Source of the DNA: Formosa sp. Hel1_33_131
GTDB taxonomy: Bacteria; Bacteroidota; Bacteroidia; Flavobacteriales; Flavobacteriaceae
NCBI RefSeq assembly: GCF_001735745.1
Contig: NZ_CP017260.1
Coordinates: 1,560,001-1,592,000, forward strand
DNA length: 32,000 nt
Direction: 5' to 3'
In this document: positions 23,515-32,000 of the stretch, piece by piece
How positions within the stretch are numbered: the stretch's first letter is position 1
Layout of the letters: each line of letters begins with the position of its first letter
Notes under the pieces: generated by a model
What the model was told of the DNA's origin: nothing
The model's input: the letters and a program-made list of their open reading frames with translations, nothing else
Database searches by the model: none
Made by a program: the position numbers and the translations under genes

Positions 23515-24099
23515 ATGAAAAAATCAATTGTAACGTTACTACTGTTTTGCTGTTTTATTTTTAGTGAATCCGCCAATGCTCAAGACCCTTTTATTGGAGA
23601 AATCAGAATGTTTGCAGGAAATTTTGCACCACGAGGTTGGGCAAAATGCGAAGGTCAATTACTGGCGATTTCCAGTAATACGGCATTATTTTCAATACTA
23701 GGAACTATGTATGGCGGCGATGGCAGCTCTACTTTTGGGTTGCCAGACTTAAGAGGTCGGGTGCCCATGCATTATGGATCTGGACCTGGGTTATCTTCAT
23801 ATACACAGGCACAATCCGGGGGAGCGGAAACAAATTTGCTAGTGGTCGCTAATTTACCTTCTCATAATCATTCCATCAATGCGGTTACTGCAGACGGCAA
23901 TACATCCGTCCCAGGTGGCAATTTGCCAGCAGGCACCAAACTACTGGACAAGGAATACTCCGATGCCACAGCCACAACGACTATGAATTCTGCAATGGTA
24001 AGCAACACAGGTGGAGGACAAGCTGTTAATAATATGCAACCCTATCTTACAGTTACTTATATTATTGCTACCCAAGGCATTTATCCACCAAGAGATTAA
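23515..24099 (+). CDS. Secreted phage tail-collar domain (MdpB / COG4675-like) protein
   Basis: Sec signal MKKSIVTLLLFCCFIFSESANA/QD. Collar signature FIGEIRMFAGNFAPRGWAKCEGQLLAISSNTALFSILGTMYGGDGSSTFGLPDLRGR, with a C-terminal NNMQPYLTVTYIIATQGIYPPR. Confidence 0.85.
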   Translation: MKKSIVTLLLFCCFIFSESANAQDPFIGEIRMFAGNFAPRGWAKCEGQLLAISSNTALFSILGTMYGGDGSSTFGLPDLRGRVPMHYGSGPGLSSYTQAQSGGAETNLLVVANLPSHNHSINAVTADGNTSVPGGNLPAGTKLLDKEYSDATATTTMNSAMVSNTGGGQAVNNMQPYLTVTYIIATQGIYPPRD

Positions 24100-24105
24100 A
24101 GACAG

Positions 24106-24795
24106 ATGAAATTACTTATTCAATTCTTTATTTTTACAAGTATCAGTTTCAATGGCTTTGCTCAAATCACGCTCAATGCTTGTCAAGAGTTGTTCGATGA
24201 TCAAGAATTTATATTCACACAAACGGGTTCCGACGATACGGGGAGAGCTATTTTTGAAACCACACCAATCACAGGCGATCAGCCTTGTAGCGGCATTGGA
24301 GTCTGTGAATTTCAAATCGCTTATAATGATACGGATAGTCGATGGGAACTCCGAGCAGATGATGGCAATGGTGATTTTTCTGAAACCTATTTAATTTATT
24401 ATAATACTGCGCAATCAACACCAAATCCCCCAGATGCAACCTTGGGTGTTTGGGTTGAGAATTCAACGACAGACACTTCGCTTTGTGGAGGGGATGGCGA
24501 TTCAACTATTGAAACACTCACTGGCGATGTTCAAAGTGAAGTATTGGGCAATTTCAAAGAAGAATTTGCGGATGTATTTAAACTATTTCCCAATCCAAGT
24601 TCACGTCAAATTACCATTGAATCGGTTTATGAAGTTTCCAATATTCAGCTCTTTGACCTTAGAGGAAAATCAGTACTAAGTGCTTCAAAAATTGACCAAA
24701 ATAGCATCGATGTTCGCCCGCTTCAAACGGGTTTTTACATTGCTAAATTTGAAATCAACGACCAGCAATATGTTAGAAAAATTGTGGTTCAATAA
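24106..24795 (+). CDS. T9SS type-A sorting-domain protein with an unrecognised N-terminal domain
   Basis: Signal peptide MKLLIQFFIFTSISFNGFAQ. The C-terminal ~80 aa match the Por/T9SS CTD pattern (FKLFPNPSSRQITIES...IQLFDLRGKSVL...LQTGFYIAKFEINDQQYVRKIVVQ). It lies 6 nt after the collar gene. Confidence 0.8.
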   Translation: MKLLIQFFIFTSISFNGFAQITLNACQELFDDQEFIFTQTGSDDTGRAIFETTPITGDQPCSGIGVCEFQIAYNDTDSRWELRADDGNGDFSETYLIYYNTAQSTPNPPDATLGVWVENSTTDTSLCGGDGDSTIETLTGDVQSEVLGNFKEEFADVFKLFPNPSSRQITIESVYEVSNIQLFDLRGKSVLSASKIDQNSIDVRPLQTGFYIAKFEINDQQYVRKIVVQ

Positions 24796-24811
24796 AATGC
24801 TGTAAATTTTT

Positions 24812-25174
24812 TTAAGGTTTAAGAGAAAATGCATTTGGAAACTTTTTTCTCACAACAATCAGTTCTCGATCTGCCTCCAGTTGTGTTCTAAATTTTCCAA
24901 CCCAAATTTTATAGTTGGGAGTTTCGTATTTCATTTCTACAGTTTGTTTTGGAAAATCAGTTTTAAAACTTTCTAAGGCTGTTTCTGCGCCAAGTCGGTT
25001 TCCACTATAAATTTGAATTTTTATATATGTTTGGTCTTTATTCAGTTCTTTTTTAAGCGTCAGCACCCGATCAATTTCCAAGCTTTTCTCAATGCTTACG
25101 ACGCCTTCTTGAGCCAAAACGGTGCCTGAAAATAAGACACTTATAACAATTAATTTCCAATTAAATAAGTTCAT
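24812..25174 (-). CDS. SPOR domain-containing protein
   Basis: 120 aa with a signal peptide and a SPOR-like repeat (YIKIQIYSGNRLGAETALESFKTDFP...YKIWVGKFRTQLEADRELIVVRKKFPNAF). Confidence 0.75.
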   Translation of the reverse strand: MNLFNWKLIVISVLFSGTVLAQEGVVSIEKSLEIDRVLTLKKELNKDQTYIKIQIYSGNRLGAETALESFKTDFPKQTVEMKYETPNYKIWVGKFRTQLEADRELIVVRKKFPNAFSLKP

Positions 25175-25298
25175 AGTATAGTATTGCTTCTACAAATGTA
25201 AACGAATAAAATTAAAAGTTATAAAAAATACTTATTTAGAACGTTTATAAATTAGAAATTTACGCATATCTAACATTTCAAAAACGGACATTAAATGT

Positions 25299-25306
25299 TA
25301 CTTTTG
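25299..25306 (+). promoter_or_regulatory. Candidate -7 box (TACTTTTG) for the ACIII operon
   Basis: Matches TAnnTTTG. A TTTC sits 20 nt upstream instead of TTTG. The 7-bp inverted repeat AACATTT/AAATGTT (25271-25277 / 25293-25299) overlaps the spacer. Confidence 0.35.
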
Positions 25307-25386
25307 CGGAAGATTTTTATAAACGAATATTGCCTATTTGCATGATAAAATCGAATCAAAGTTTAGAAATGACTTCTATCAACGCT

Positions 25387-26676
25387 ATGAAACAGGGATT
25401 TAACTTTTACACGCTTTCGAAAATACTATTCTCGGGGCTTTTATTTTTCTCAATTACATTCACATCGCTATACGCTCAAGATGGAGATCCTGTTAAGGGG
25501 AAATCTTTATTTAACGCCAACTGTGCCGCTTGTCATCAGTTAGACAAGAAAATGACCGGGCCTGCGCTTCGAAATGTCGAAACACGACTCAGTGAAGAGG
25601 AAGGTTTGGACAGAGTCTGGCTCAACGCTTGGATTCGCAACAGTTCAGCCTTAATCAAGTCTGGAGATGCGTATGCAAACAAAATTTACGCTGAATACAA
25701 CGGATCTGCAATGACTGCTTTTCCAGGGTTTTCAGATGATGATATCACAAACATCTTAGCCTATACGGCTCAAGAAAAAGCAACTCCTGTAGCTGCTGTT
25801 GCAACTGCTGTGCAAGGTGGGCAAGCTGAAGGCGGTGTTTCTCAAGAACTTGTTTTAGCGGCTCTCGCCATTCTTTTTGGATTGCTAGCTTTAGGATTGT
25901 TTTTAGTAAACAACACATTACGTCGTTTCGCTTCTGCAAACAATGTTGAAATTGCTGAAGCGGTTAAGAAAAAATCACTTTGGAAAGCCTTTATTCAAAA
26001 CCAATTTTTAATGTTGGTTGTGGCGATCTTCTTCTTGTTATCAAGTGCCTATTTTGTATATGGCTACTTTATGCAGGTGGGTGTTGACCAAGGATACCAA
26101 CCGATTCAACCGATACATTACTCTCATAAAATTCACGCCGGTGACAATGGAATTGATTGTAAATACTGTCACTCTTCTGCACGTGTGAGTAAGCACTCTG
26201 GAATTCCAGCGCTGAATGTGTGTATGAACTGTCACAAGTCTATTTACGAAGTGTCACCAGAAACGGCAACGGACGAGTACACGAAAGAATTTTATGACGG
26301 AGAAATCAAAAAATTATACGATGCTGTAGGTTGGGATGATGCCGAACAGAAATATACAGGAAACACGAAACCAGTCAAATGGGTGCGTATTCACAACCTG
26401 CCTGATTTCGCCTATTTCAATCACTCGCAACACGTTGTGGTGGCTGGATTGGAATGTCAAACATGTCACGGACCTGTAGAAGAAATGGAAATTATGTATC
26501 AGTTCTCTCCATTAACGATGGGCTGGTGTATCAATTGTCACAGAGAAACAAATGTAAAAGTTCAAGACAACGGCTATTATGATAAAATCCACGAAGCACT
26601 CACCAAGAAATACGGTGTAGAGCAATTGACCGCAGCCCAAATGGGTGGTTTAGAATGTGGAAAATGTCATTATTAG
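25387..26676 (+). CDS. actA: Alternative complex III subunit ActA (multihaem cytochrome c) with an extra N-terminal monohaem domain
   Basis: Six CXXCH motifs (CAACH, CKYCH, CMNCH, CQTCH, CINCH, CGKCH), a signal peptide from the ATG at 25387 (MKQGFNFYTLSKILFSGLLFFSITFTSLYAQ) and two internal hydrophobic helices. Alternative starts lie at 25330 (TTG), 25342 and 25369. Confidence 0.85.
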   Translation: MKQGFNFYTLSKILFSGLLFFSITFTSLYAQDGDPVKGKSLFNANCAACHQLDKKMTGPALRNVETRLSEEEGLDRVWLNAWIRNSSALIKSGDAYANKIYAEYNGSAMTAFPGFSDDDITNILAYTAQEKATPVAAVATAVQGGQAEGGVSQELVLAALAILFGLLALGLFLVNNTLRRFASANNVEIAEAVKKKSLWKAFIQNQFLMLVVAIFFLLSSAYFVYGYFMQVGVDQGYQPIQPIHYSHKIHAGDNGIDCKYCHSSARVSKHSGIPALNVCMNCHKSIYEVSPETATDEYTKEFYDGEIKKLYDAVGWDDAEQKYTGNTKPVKWVRIHNLPDFAYFNHSQHVVVAGLECQTCHGPVEEMEIMYQFSPLTMGWCINCHRETNVKVQDNGYYDKIHEALTKKYGVEQLTAAQMGGLECGKCHY

Positions 26677-26713
26677 AAATTAAATAAAACGATCAACAAG
26701 TAACATTAGATAT

Positions 26714-29700
26714 ATGTCATCAAATAAGAAATACTGGAAAAGTGTTGAGGAGCTAAATCCGAGTCATAGCTCCGCTGTTGAGACGCTTAAACAAAAGGAA
26801 TTTACACAAGAAATTCCTGTAGATGAATTTCTAGGCGATAAAGAAACCCTAGAGTCATCGAGTACAACGCGTCGTGATTTCTTAAAATATGTAGGGTTCA
26901 GTACTGCTGCAGCATCTTTAGCAGCCTGTGAAGGACCGGTCATCAAATCAATTCCTTACGTGGTTCAGCCAGAACAAATTATCCCTGGTGTTGCAAATTA
27001 TTATGCAACGGCCATTGCTAATGGATATGATTTTGCAAGTGTTTTAATTAAAACCAGAGAAGGCCGTCCTATCAAGGTCGAGTCTAACAGTCTTGCAAAA
27101 GCAAACGGTGGGATCAACGCCAGAGTGCAAGCTTCTGTATTAGATTTATATGATAACCAAAGAGTTGTAGGCCCACAAAAAGAGGGTCAAGAAACGAGTT
27201 GGGGAGAGTTGACAGCAGAAGTGGCTCAAAAATTAGAAGCATTAAAAGGATCGGATAAATCAATTGTGTTATTAACACAAACCTTTGCAAGCCCATCGAC
27301 TTCAAAATTGATCTCTGATTTTAAACAAAAATATGGGAATGTAAGCCACGTCGTTTATGATGCGATATCAGAATCGGCTGCCGCAGATGCGTTCCAAAAC
27401 AAATATGGCTCAAGAGGATTGGCTAATTACGATTTTTCAAAAGCCCAAACCATTGTATCTATAGGCGCTGACTTTTTAGGCGACTGGCAAGGGGGTGGTT
27501 TTGATGCTGCTTATGCACAAGGACGTATTCCTAAAAACGGAAAAATGTCGCGTCATATTCAGTTTGAAGCAAACATGAGCTTATCAGGAGCAAATGCTGA
27601 TAAACGTGTCGCAATCAAACCGTCTCAACAAAAAGTAGCCCTTGCAAAACTTTACGGAAAATTATTTGGAACCGCAGTTGGAGGCGATCTTCCAGCACAC
27701 TTAGAAACGGCTGTAAACAATGCAGCTTCTGAATTATTGAAAGCAGGTTCTAACGCAGTTGTACTTTCAGGAATTCAAGACGTCAATGCACAAAACATTG
27801 TGTTGGCCATCAACGAAAAACTTAACAGTAAAGCGTTTGATCCTAACAATCCAATCTTAACCCGTCAAGGGAATGATAAAGCGGTTGCTCAATTAGTAAC
27901 AGATATGAATGCGGGCACTGTAGGTGCTGTCATCATGGCCGGTGTGAACCCAGCGTACACACTTCCAAATGCTTCTGCATTTGTAGAAGGATTAAAACAA
28001 ACAGAATTATCAGTAGCCTTCACCATGAAAAATGATGAAACAGCTTCTGTATCACAATATGTTGCTGCTACTTCTCATTATTTAGAATCGTGGGGCGATT
28101 TAGAAACTAAAAAAGGACATTACGGGCTCATGCAGCCAACCATTCGTCCTTTATTTGACACCAAACAATTTCAAGACCTATTATTAGAATTGGTGGGGAC
28201 TTCAGGGTCTTACCACGATTTTGTAAAGTCCTATTGGAACAGCAATGTATTAAAAGGGGCTTCTTGGAATGACAGTTTACACGATGGTGTGTATGTTTCA
28301 TCAAACTCTGCAACGGTAGAAACTGCAGATGCTTTTGATAGCAGTACAATTTCAGGATTAGGAGCTGCAGTCACTGCACTTGCTGCAACATCCACTTCTG
28401 GTATGGAGCTGACGCTGTATCCAAAAACAGGAATGGGAGATGGTCAACAAGCCAACAACCCTTGGTTACAAGAATTTCCAGATCCATTGACAAGAACGAC
28501 TTGGGATAACTACTTAACAGTATCTGAATTTGATGGTAAAGCATTAGGATTCTTTTTAGAAACAAGTACTTTTTTCAGTGAAAACAGTCATGATGCCGAT
28601 GGTGGATTGAACGGGAAATATGCAAACGTCACCGTAAATGGTGTCACTGTAAAAGTTCCGGTGATCATTCAACCAGGACAAGCAAGAGGTACGGTAGGAA
28701 TGTCCTTTGGATATGGTCGAACCGAAGGTCTCAAAACAGAAATGCAAACAGGTGTCAACGCCTATCCTTTATATAACGATTTTAACACCGTACAAACCGC
28801 TACTGTAGAGTTAACGGATGGGAAGCATGAATTTGCTTGTGTTCAGTTGCACAATACATTAATGGGTAGAGGAGATATCATCAAAGAAACGACTTTGGAG
28901 ATATTCAATACTGAATCTGCTGCGGATTGGAACCCAATGACTATGGTGTCATTGAACCATGAAGAAACACCAGTTGATTCTCCAGATGTAGATTTATGGG
29001 ATGAATTTGACCGTTCGATTGGACATCATTTCAACCTGTCAATTGACTTAAACTCCTGTACAGGATGTGGAGCTTGTGTGATTGCATGTCATGCAGAAAA
29101 CAACGTTCCAGTTGTAGGAAAAGAAGAAATTCGTAGAAGTCGCGATATGCACTGGCTACGTATTGATAGATATTATTCTTCAGATGATACGTTTGAAGGT
29201 GATAACACCACCAAAGATGATATTCAAGGTTTAGGAAGTTCATTAAGTACTTTTGGAGAGATGGAAATTCCATCTGAAAACCCACAAGTTGCTTTCCAAC
29301 CAATCATGTGTCAGCACTGTAACCATGCACCCTGTGAAACGGTTTGTCCAGTAGCAGCCTCCTCTCACGGTCGTCAAGGTCAGAATCACATGGCTTATAA
29401 CAGATGTGTTGGAACGCGTTATTGCGCTAACAACTGTCCTTATAAAGTACGTCGATTCAACTGGTTCTTATACAATGAGAACGATGAATTTGATTACCAC
29501 ATGAATAACGACTTAGGTCGTATGGTCATCAATCCAGACGTAACAGTACGTTCTAGAGGTGTGATGGAAAAATGTTCGATGTGTATTCAAATGACACAGA
29601 AAACAATTTTGGACGCGAAACGCGACGGAAGAGAAGTCAATCCAGATGAGTTCAAAACCGCTTGTTCGTCTGCATGTGACTCAGGCGCCATTGCGTTTGG

Positions 29701-29833
29701 AGATATAAATAATAAGAAAAGTGCGATTACCGAACTTAAAGATGATGAGCGTGCTTATCATTTATTAGATCACGTTGGTACAAAACCAAACGTCGTCTAT
29801 CAAGTTAAAGTAAGAAACACAAACGAAGCATAA
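26714..29833 (+). CDS. actB: Alternative complex III subunit ActB (molybdopterin-oxidoreductase-like B1 domain fused to Fe-S B2 domain)
   Basis: 1039 aa with a Tat signal (TRRDFLKYVGFSTAAASLAAC) and a large MopB-like domain. Ferredoxin-type clusters follow: CTGCGACVIAC, CQHCNHAPCETVCP and CVGTRYCANNCP. Confidence 0.9.
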   Translation: MSSNKKYWKSVEELNPSHSSAVETLKQKEFTQEIPVDEFLGDKETLESSSTTRRDFLKYVGFSTAAASLAACEGPVIKSIPYVVQPEQIIPGVANYYATAIANGYDFASVLIKTREGRPIKVESNSLAKANGGINARVQASVLDLYDNQRVVGPQKEGQETSWGELTAEVAQKLEALKGSDKSIVLLTQTFASPSTSKLISDFKQKYGNVSHVVYDAISESAAADAFQNKYGSRGLANYDFSKAQTIVSIGADFLGDWQGGGFDAAYAQGRIPKNGKMSRHIQFEANMSLSGANADKRVAIKPSQQKVALAKLYGKLFGTAVGGDLPAHLETAVNNAASELLKAGSNAVVLSGIQDVNAQNIVLAINEKLNSKAFDPNNPILTRQGNDKAVAQLVTDMNAGTVGAVIMAGVNPAYTLPNASAFVEGLKQTELSVAFTMKNDETASVSQYVAATSHYLESWGDLETKKGHYGLMQPTIRPLFDTKQFQDLLLELVGTSGSYHDFVKSYWNSNVLKGASWNDSLHDGVYVSSNSATVETADAFDSSTISGLGAAVTALAATSTSGMELTLYPKTGMGDGQQANNPWLQEFPDPLTRTTWDNYLTVSEFDGKALGFFLETSTFFSENSHDADGGLNGKYANVTVNGVTVKVPVIIQPGQARGTVGMSFGYGRTEGLKTEMQTGVNAYPLYNDFNTVQTATVELTDGKHEFACVQLHNTLMGRGDIIKETTLEIFNTESAADWNPMTMVSLNHEETPVDSPDVDLWDEFDRSIGHHFNLSIDLNSCTGCGACVIACHAENNVPVVGKEEIRRSRDMHWLRIDRYYSSDDTFEGDNTTKDDIQGLGSSLSTFGEMEIPSENPQVAFQPIMCQHCNHAPCETVCPVAASSHGRQGQNHMAYNRCVGTRYCANNCPYKVRRFNWFLYNENDEFDYHMNNDLGRMVINPDVTVRSRGVMEKCSMCIQMTQKTILDAKRDGREVNPDEFKTACSSACDSGAIAFGDINNKKSAITELKDDERAYHLLDHVGTKPNVVYQVKVRNTNEA

Positions 29834-29859
29834 ATAATAAGAAATAATATAAAAGGATT

Positions 29860-31326
29860 ATGGCGTCTCATTACGAAGCACCTATCAGAAGACCATTAGT
29901 TACTGGGGAAAAATCATATCATGATGTAACCTTGGACGTTGTTGCACCTGTTGAAGGAAAAGCAAACAAACTATGGTGGATAGTATTTTCTATTGCACTT
30001 GCAGCTTTTAGCTGGGGAATAGGGTGTATGATTTATACCGTCTCTACGGGGATTGGTACTTGGGGTCTCAACAAAACCGTTGGTTGGGCTTGGGATATTA
30101 CGAACTTCGTTTGGTGGGTTGGTATTGGACATGCAGGTACCCTGATTTCAGCAGTACTCTTATTATTCAGACAGAAATGGCGTATGGCAATTAACCGTTC
30201 TGCGGAAGCCATGACTATTTTCTCTGTAATTCAAGCAGGATTGTTTCCAATTATTCACATGGGTCGTCCATGGTTAGCATACTGGGTATTGCCTATTCCA
30301 AATCAATTTGGGTCGTTATGGGTCAACTTTAACTCGCCTTTATTGTGGGATGTATTTGCAATTTCTACATATCTATCTGTATCACTTGTATTCTGGTGGA
30401 CAGGATTATTACCAGATTTCGCAATGATTCGAGATCGTGCGGTAAGACCTTTCCAAAAGAAAATCTATTCATTATTAAGCTTTGGATGGAGTGGACGTGC
30501 AAAAGACTGGCAACGTTTTGAAGAAGTATCTTTGGTACTTGCAGGACTTGCAACCCCTTTAGTATTATCCGTACACACCATTGTATCTTTTGATTTCGCA
30601 ACCTCGGTGATTCCGGGATGGCATACAACTATTTTTCCACCCTACTTTGTAGCAGGTGCAATTTTCTCTGGCTTCGCCATGGTAAATACCTTATTGATCA
30701 TCATGCGTAAAGTATGTAGTCTTGAAGATTACATTACTGTTCAACATATCGAATTGATGAACATCGTCATCATGATTACGGGATCCATTGTTGGGGTTGC
30801 GTATATGACGGAATTATTTATCGCTTGGTATTCAGGAGTTGAATACGAACAATATGCATTCTTAAACAGAGCAACAGGACCTTATGCTTGGGCCTACTGG
30901 GCAATGATGTCATGTAATGTATTTTCGCCACAATTTATGTGGTTCAAAAGACTTAGAACAAGTATCATGTTCTCATTCTTTATCTCCATTGTCGTAAACA
31001 TTGGAATGTGGTTTGAACGTTTTGTGATTATTGTAACCTCTCTTCACAGAGATTACTTACCATCTTCATGGACCATGTTCTCACCAACGTTTGTAGATAT
31101 CGGAATTTTCATCGGAACCATTGGATTCTTCTTTGTATTATTCTTATTGTACGCTCGAACGTTCCCAGTGATTGCACAAGCTGAAGTCAAAACAATATTA
31201 AAGTCTTCAGGACAACGTTATAAAAACATTAGAGAAGCAGGTGGTAGCCTAGTCGGTACAGGTTCAGATGAACGTACAGATGCTATGACAAAACCAGCCC
31301 AAACACCTAAAAAAGAAAAAGAGTAG
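29860..31326 (+). CDS. actC: Alternative complex III subunit ActC (NrfD/PsrC-like quinol-interacting membrane subunit)
   Basis: 488 aa polytopic membrane protein with an NrfD-like pattern (WGLNKTVGWAWDITNFVWWVGIGHAGTLIS) and the expected operon position after ActB. Confidence 0.9.
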   Translation: MASHYEAPIRRPLVTGEKSYHDVTLDVVAPVEGKANKLWWIVFSIALAAFSWGIGCMIYTVSTGIGTWGLNKTVGWAWDITNFVWWVGIGHAGTLISAVLLLFRQKWRMAINRSAEAMTIFSVIQAGLFPIIHMGRPWLAYWVLPIPNQFGSLWVNFNSPLLWDVFAISTYLSVSLVFWWTGLLPDFAMIRDRAVRPFQKKIYSLLSFGWSGRAKDWQRFEEVSLVLAGLATPLVLSVHTIVSFDFATSVIPGWHTTIFPPYFVAGAIFSGFAMVNTLLIIMRKVCSLEDYITVQHIELMNIVIMITGSIVGVAYMTELFIAWYSGVEYEQYAFLNRATGPYAWAYWAMMSCNVFSPQFMWFKRLRTSIMFSFFISIVVNIGMWFERFVIIVTSLHRDYLPSSWTMFSPTFVDIGIFIGTIGFFFVLFLLYARTFPVIAQAEVKTILKSSGQRYKNIREAGGSLVGTGSDERTDAMTKPAQTPKKEKE

Positions 31327-31329
31327 CCT

Positions 31330-31863
31330 ATGGGATCTTCAAAAGTTATTCACGCACTATATACAGATGATGATGTATTATTATCTGCAGTCAAGTCCGT
31401 ACGTTCCGAAAAGCATCATATCGAGGAGATATTCACGCCTTTCCCAGTACACGGATTAGACAAAGCAATGGGATTAGAACCCACTCGTATTGCCATCGCT
31501 GCCTTTATGTATGGCTGTGTTGGTTTGATTGTAGCGACTGTCATGATGAATTACATCATGATCGAAGACTGGCCTCAAAACATTGGTGGAAAACCGAGTT
31601 TTAGCTATATCGAAAACATGCCGGCATTCGTGCCAATTATGTTTGAGTTAACCGTCTTTTTTGCGGCTCACTTAATGGTGATTACCTTTTACCTAAGAAG
31701 TAGAATGTGGCCATTTAAAAATGCAGAAAACCCGGATCCAAGAACAACAGATGACCATTTTTTAATGGAAATCTCTGTTCATGATAATGAAAATGAATTA
31801 AAAACCTTGCTGACCCAAACAGGAGCAGTAGAGGTTCATATCGTTGAAAAAGAAGCACATTAG
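31330..31863 (+). CDS. actD: Alternative complex III subunit ActD (DUF3341)
   Basis: 177 aa. The N-terminal soluble part (HALYTDDDVLLSAVKSVRSEKHHIEEIFTPFPVHGL) is followed by two TM helices. It lies 3 nt after actC. Confidence 0.85.
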   Translation: MGSSKVIHALYTDDDVLLSAVKSVRSEKHHIEEIFTPFPVHGLDKAMGLEPTRIAIAAFMYGCVGLIVATVMMNYIMIEDWPQNIGGKPSFSYIENMPAFVPIMFELTVFFAAHLMVITFYLRSRMWPFKNAENPDPRTTDDHFLMEISVHDNENELKTLLTQTGAVEVHIVEKEAH

Positions 31864-31867
31864 TATT

Positions 31868-32000
31868 ATGAAAAGTGTATCAAAAATAATCGTCTTAGCA
31901 TTGGTCCTTGTCACTGTTTTTTCATGTCAAAATGATAACAGTCCAAACTACCAATACTTCCCAAACATGTATGCACCTATAGGCTATGAAGCTTATGGCG
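31868..32000 (+). CDS. actE: Alternative complex III subunit ActE (lipoprotein monohaem cytochrome c), 5' fragment truncated by the window end
   Basis: Hand translation gives MKSVSKIIVLALVLVTVFSCQNDNSPNYQYFPNMYAPIGYEAYG, a lipoprotein signal followed by the F/YxPxMY..AYE-type motif expected after ActD. The haem motif lies beyond the window. Confidence 0.65.
   Translation, partial: MKSVSKIIVLALVLVTVFSCQNDNSPNYQYFPNMYAPIGYEAYG

Noticed and set aside
23515-24099. Tail-collar gene as a marker of a prophage or tailocin
   Set aside because: No other phage-like genes occur within several kb on either side. The protein has a Sec signal peptide, which structural tail proteins lack, and the neighbours are infB and the SPOR/ACIII genes.
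26714-29833. ActB as a genuine molybdoenzyme (polysulfide, tetrathionate or DMSO reductase-type operon)
   Set aside because: The context is a multihaem ActA upstream, NrfD-like ActC, DUF3341 ActD and a lipoprotein cytochrome ActE downstream, with B1 and B2 fused in one polypeptide. This is the established ACIII architecture, in which the MopB-like domain is reported to lack the cofactor. I did not verify loss of the Mo ligand from the sequence.
1-32000. CRISPR arrays, restriction-modification, toxin-antitoxin or other defence loci
   Set aside because: Scanning both strands showed no regularly spaced direct repeats, no nuclease, methylase, ATPase or helicase ORFs outside the housekeeping genes, and no small paired ORFs typical of TA modules. 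No such call is supported.

Overview
Visibly AT-rich chromosomal segment that reads like a Flavobacteriia (Bacteroidota) genome. Supporting signs are a T9SS type-A C-terminal sorting domain, a DUF2723/GT117 giant membrane protein, an alternative complex III (ACIII) operon preceded by a SPOR gene, and several TAnnTTTG-type -7 promoter boxes. Most of the window is core housekeeping. In order: sucA-sucB (2-oxoglutarate dehydrogenase E1/E2); a small accessory stretch (TonB-C-like lipoprotein with an unresolved 5' end, VOC/glyoxalase-fold protein, ABM monooxygenase-like protein); polA; a glycosylasparaginase plus an unusually long FucP-type MFS sugar transporter; a membrane metallophosphoesterase; a cysteine-less thioredoxin-fold protein; DUF2723/GT117; a membrane/wHTH/membrane three-gene operon; tRNA-Gln(UUG) followed by rimP-nusA-infB; a tail-collar (MdpB-like) secreted protein plus a T9SS cargo protein; a SPOR protein; and actA-actB-actC-actD plus the 5' end of actE. 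I found no CRISPR array, transposase, integrase, toxin-antitoxin pair or recognisable defence system, and I cannot point to a clear novel multi-gene system. The best second-look candidates are the secreted tail-collar + T9SS cargo pair, the A7-tract frame break at the start of the TonB-C-like lipoprotein, the WSDES (Cys-less) thioredoxin-fold protein, the terminator-like hairpin 7 nt upstream of rimP, and the repeat- and hairpin-dense 418-bp spacer downstream of polA. All protein family calls come from motif recognition by eye, not from database searches.
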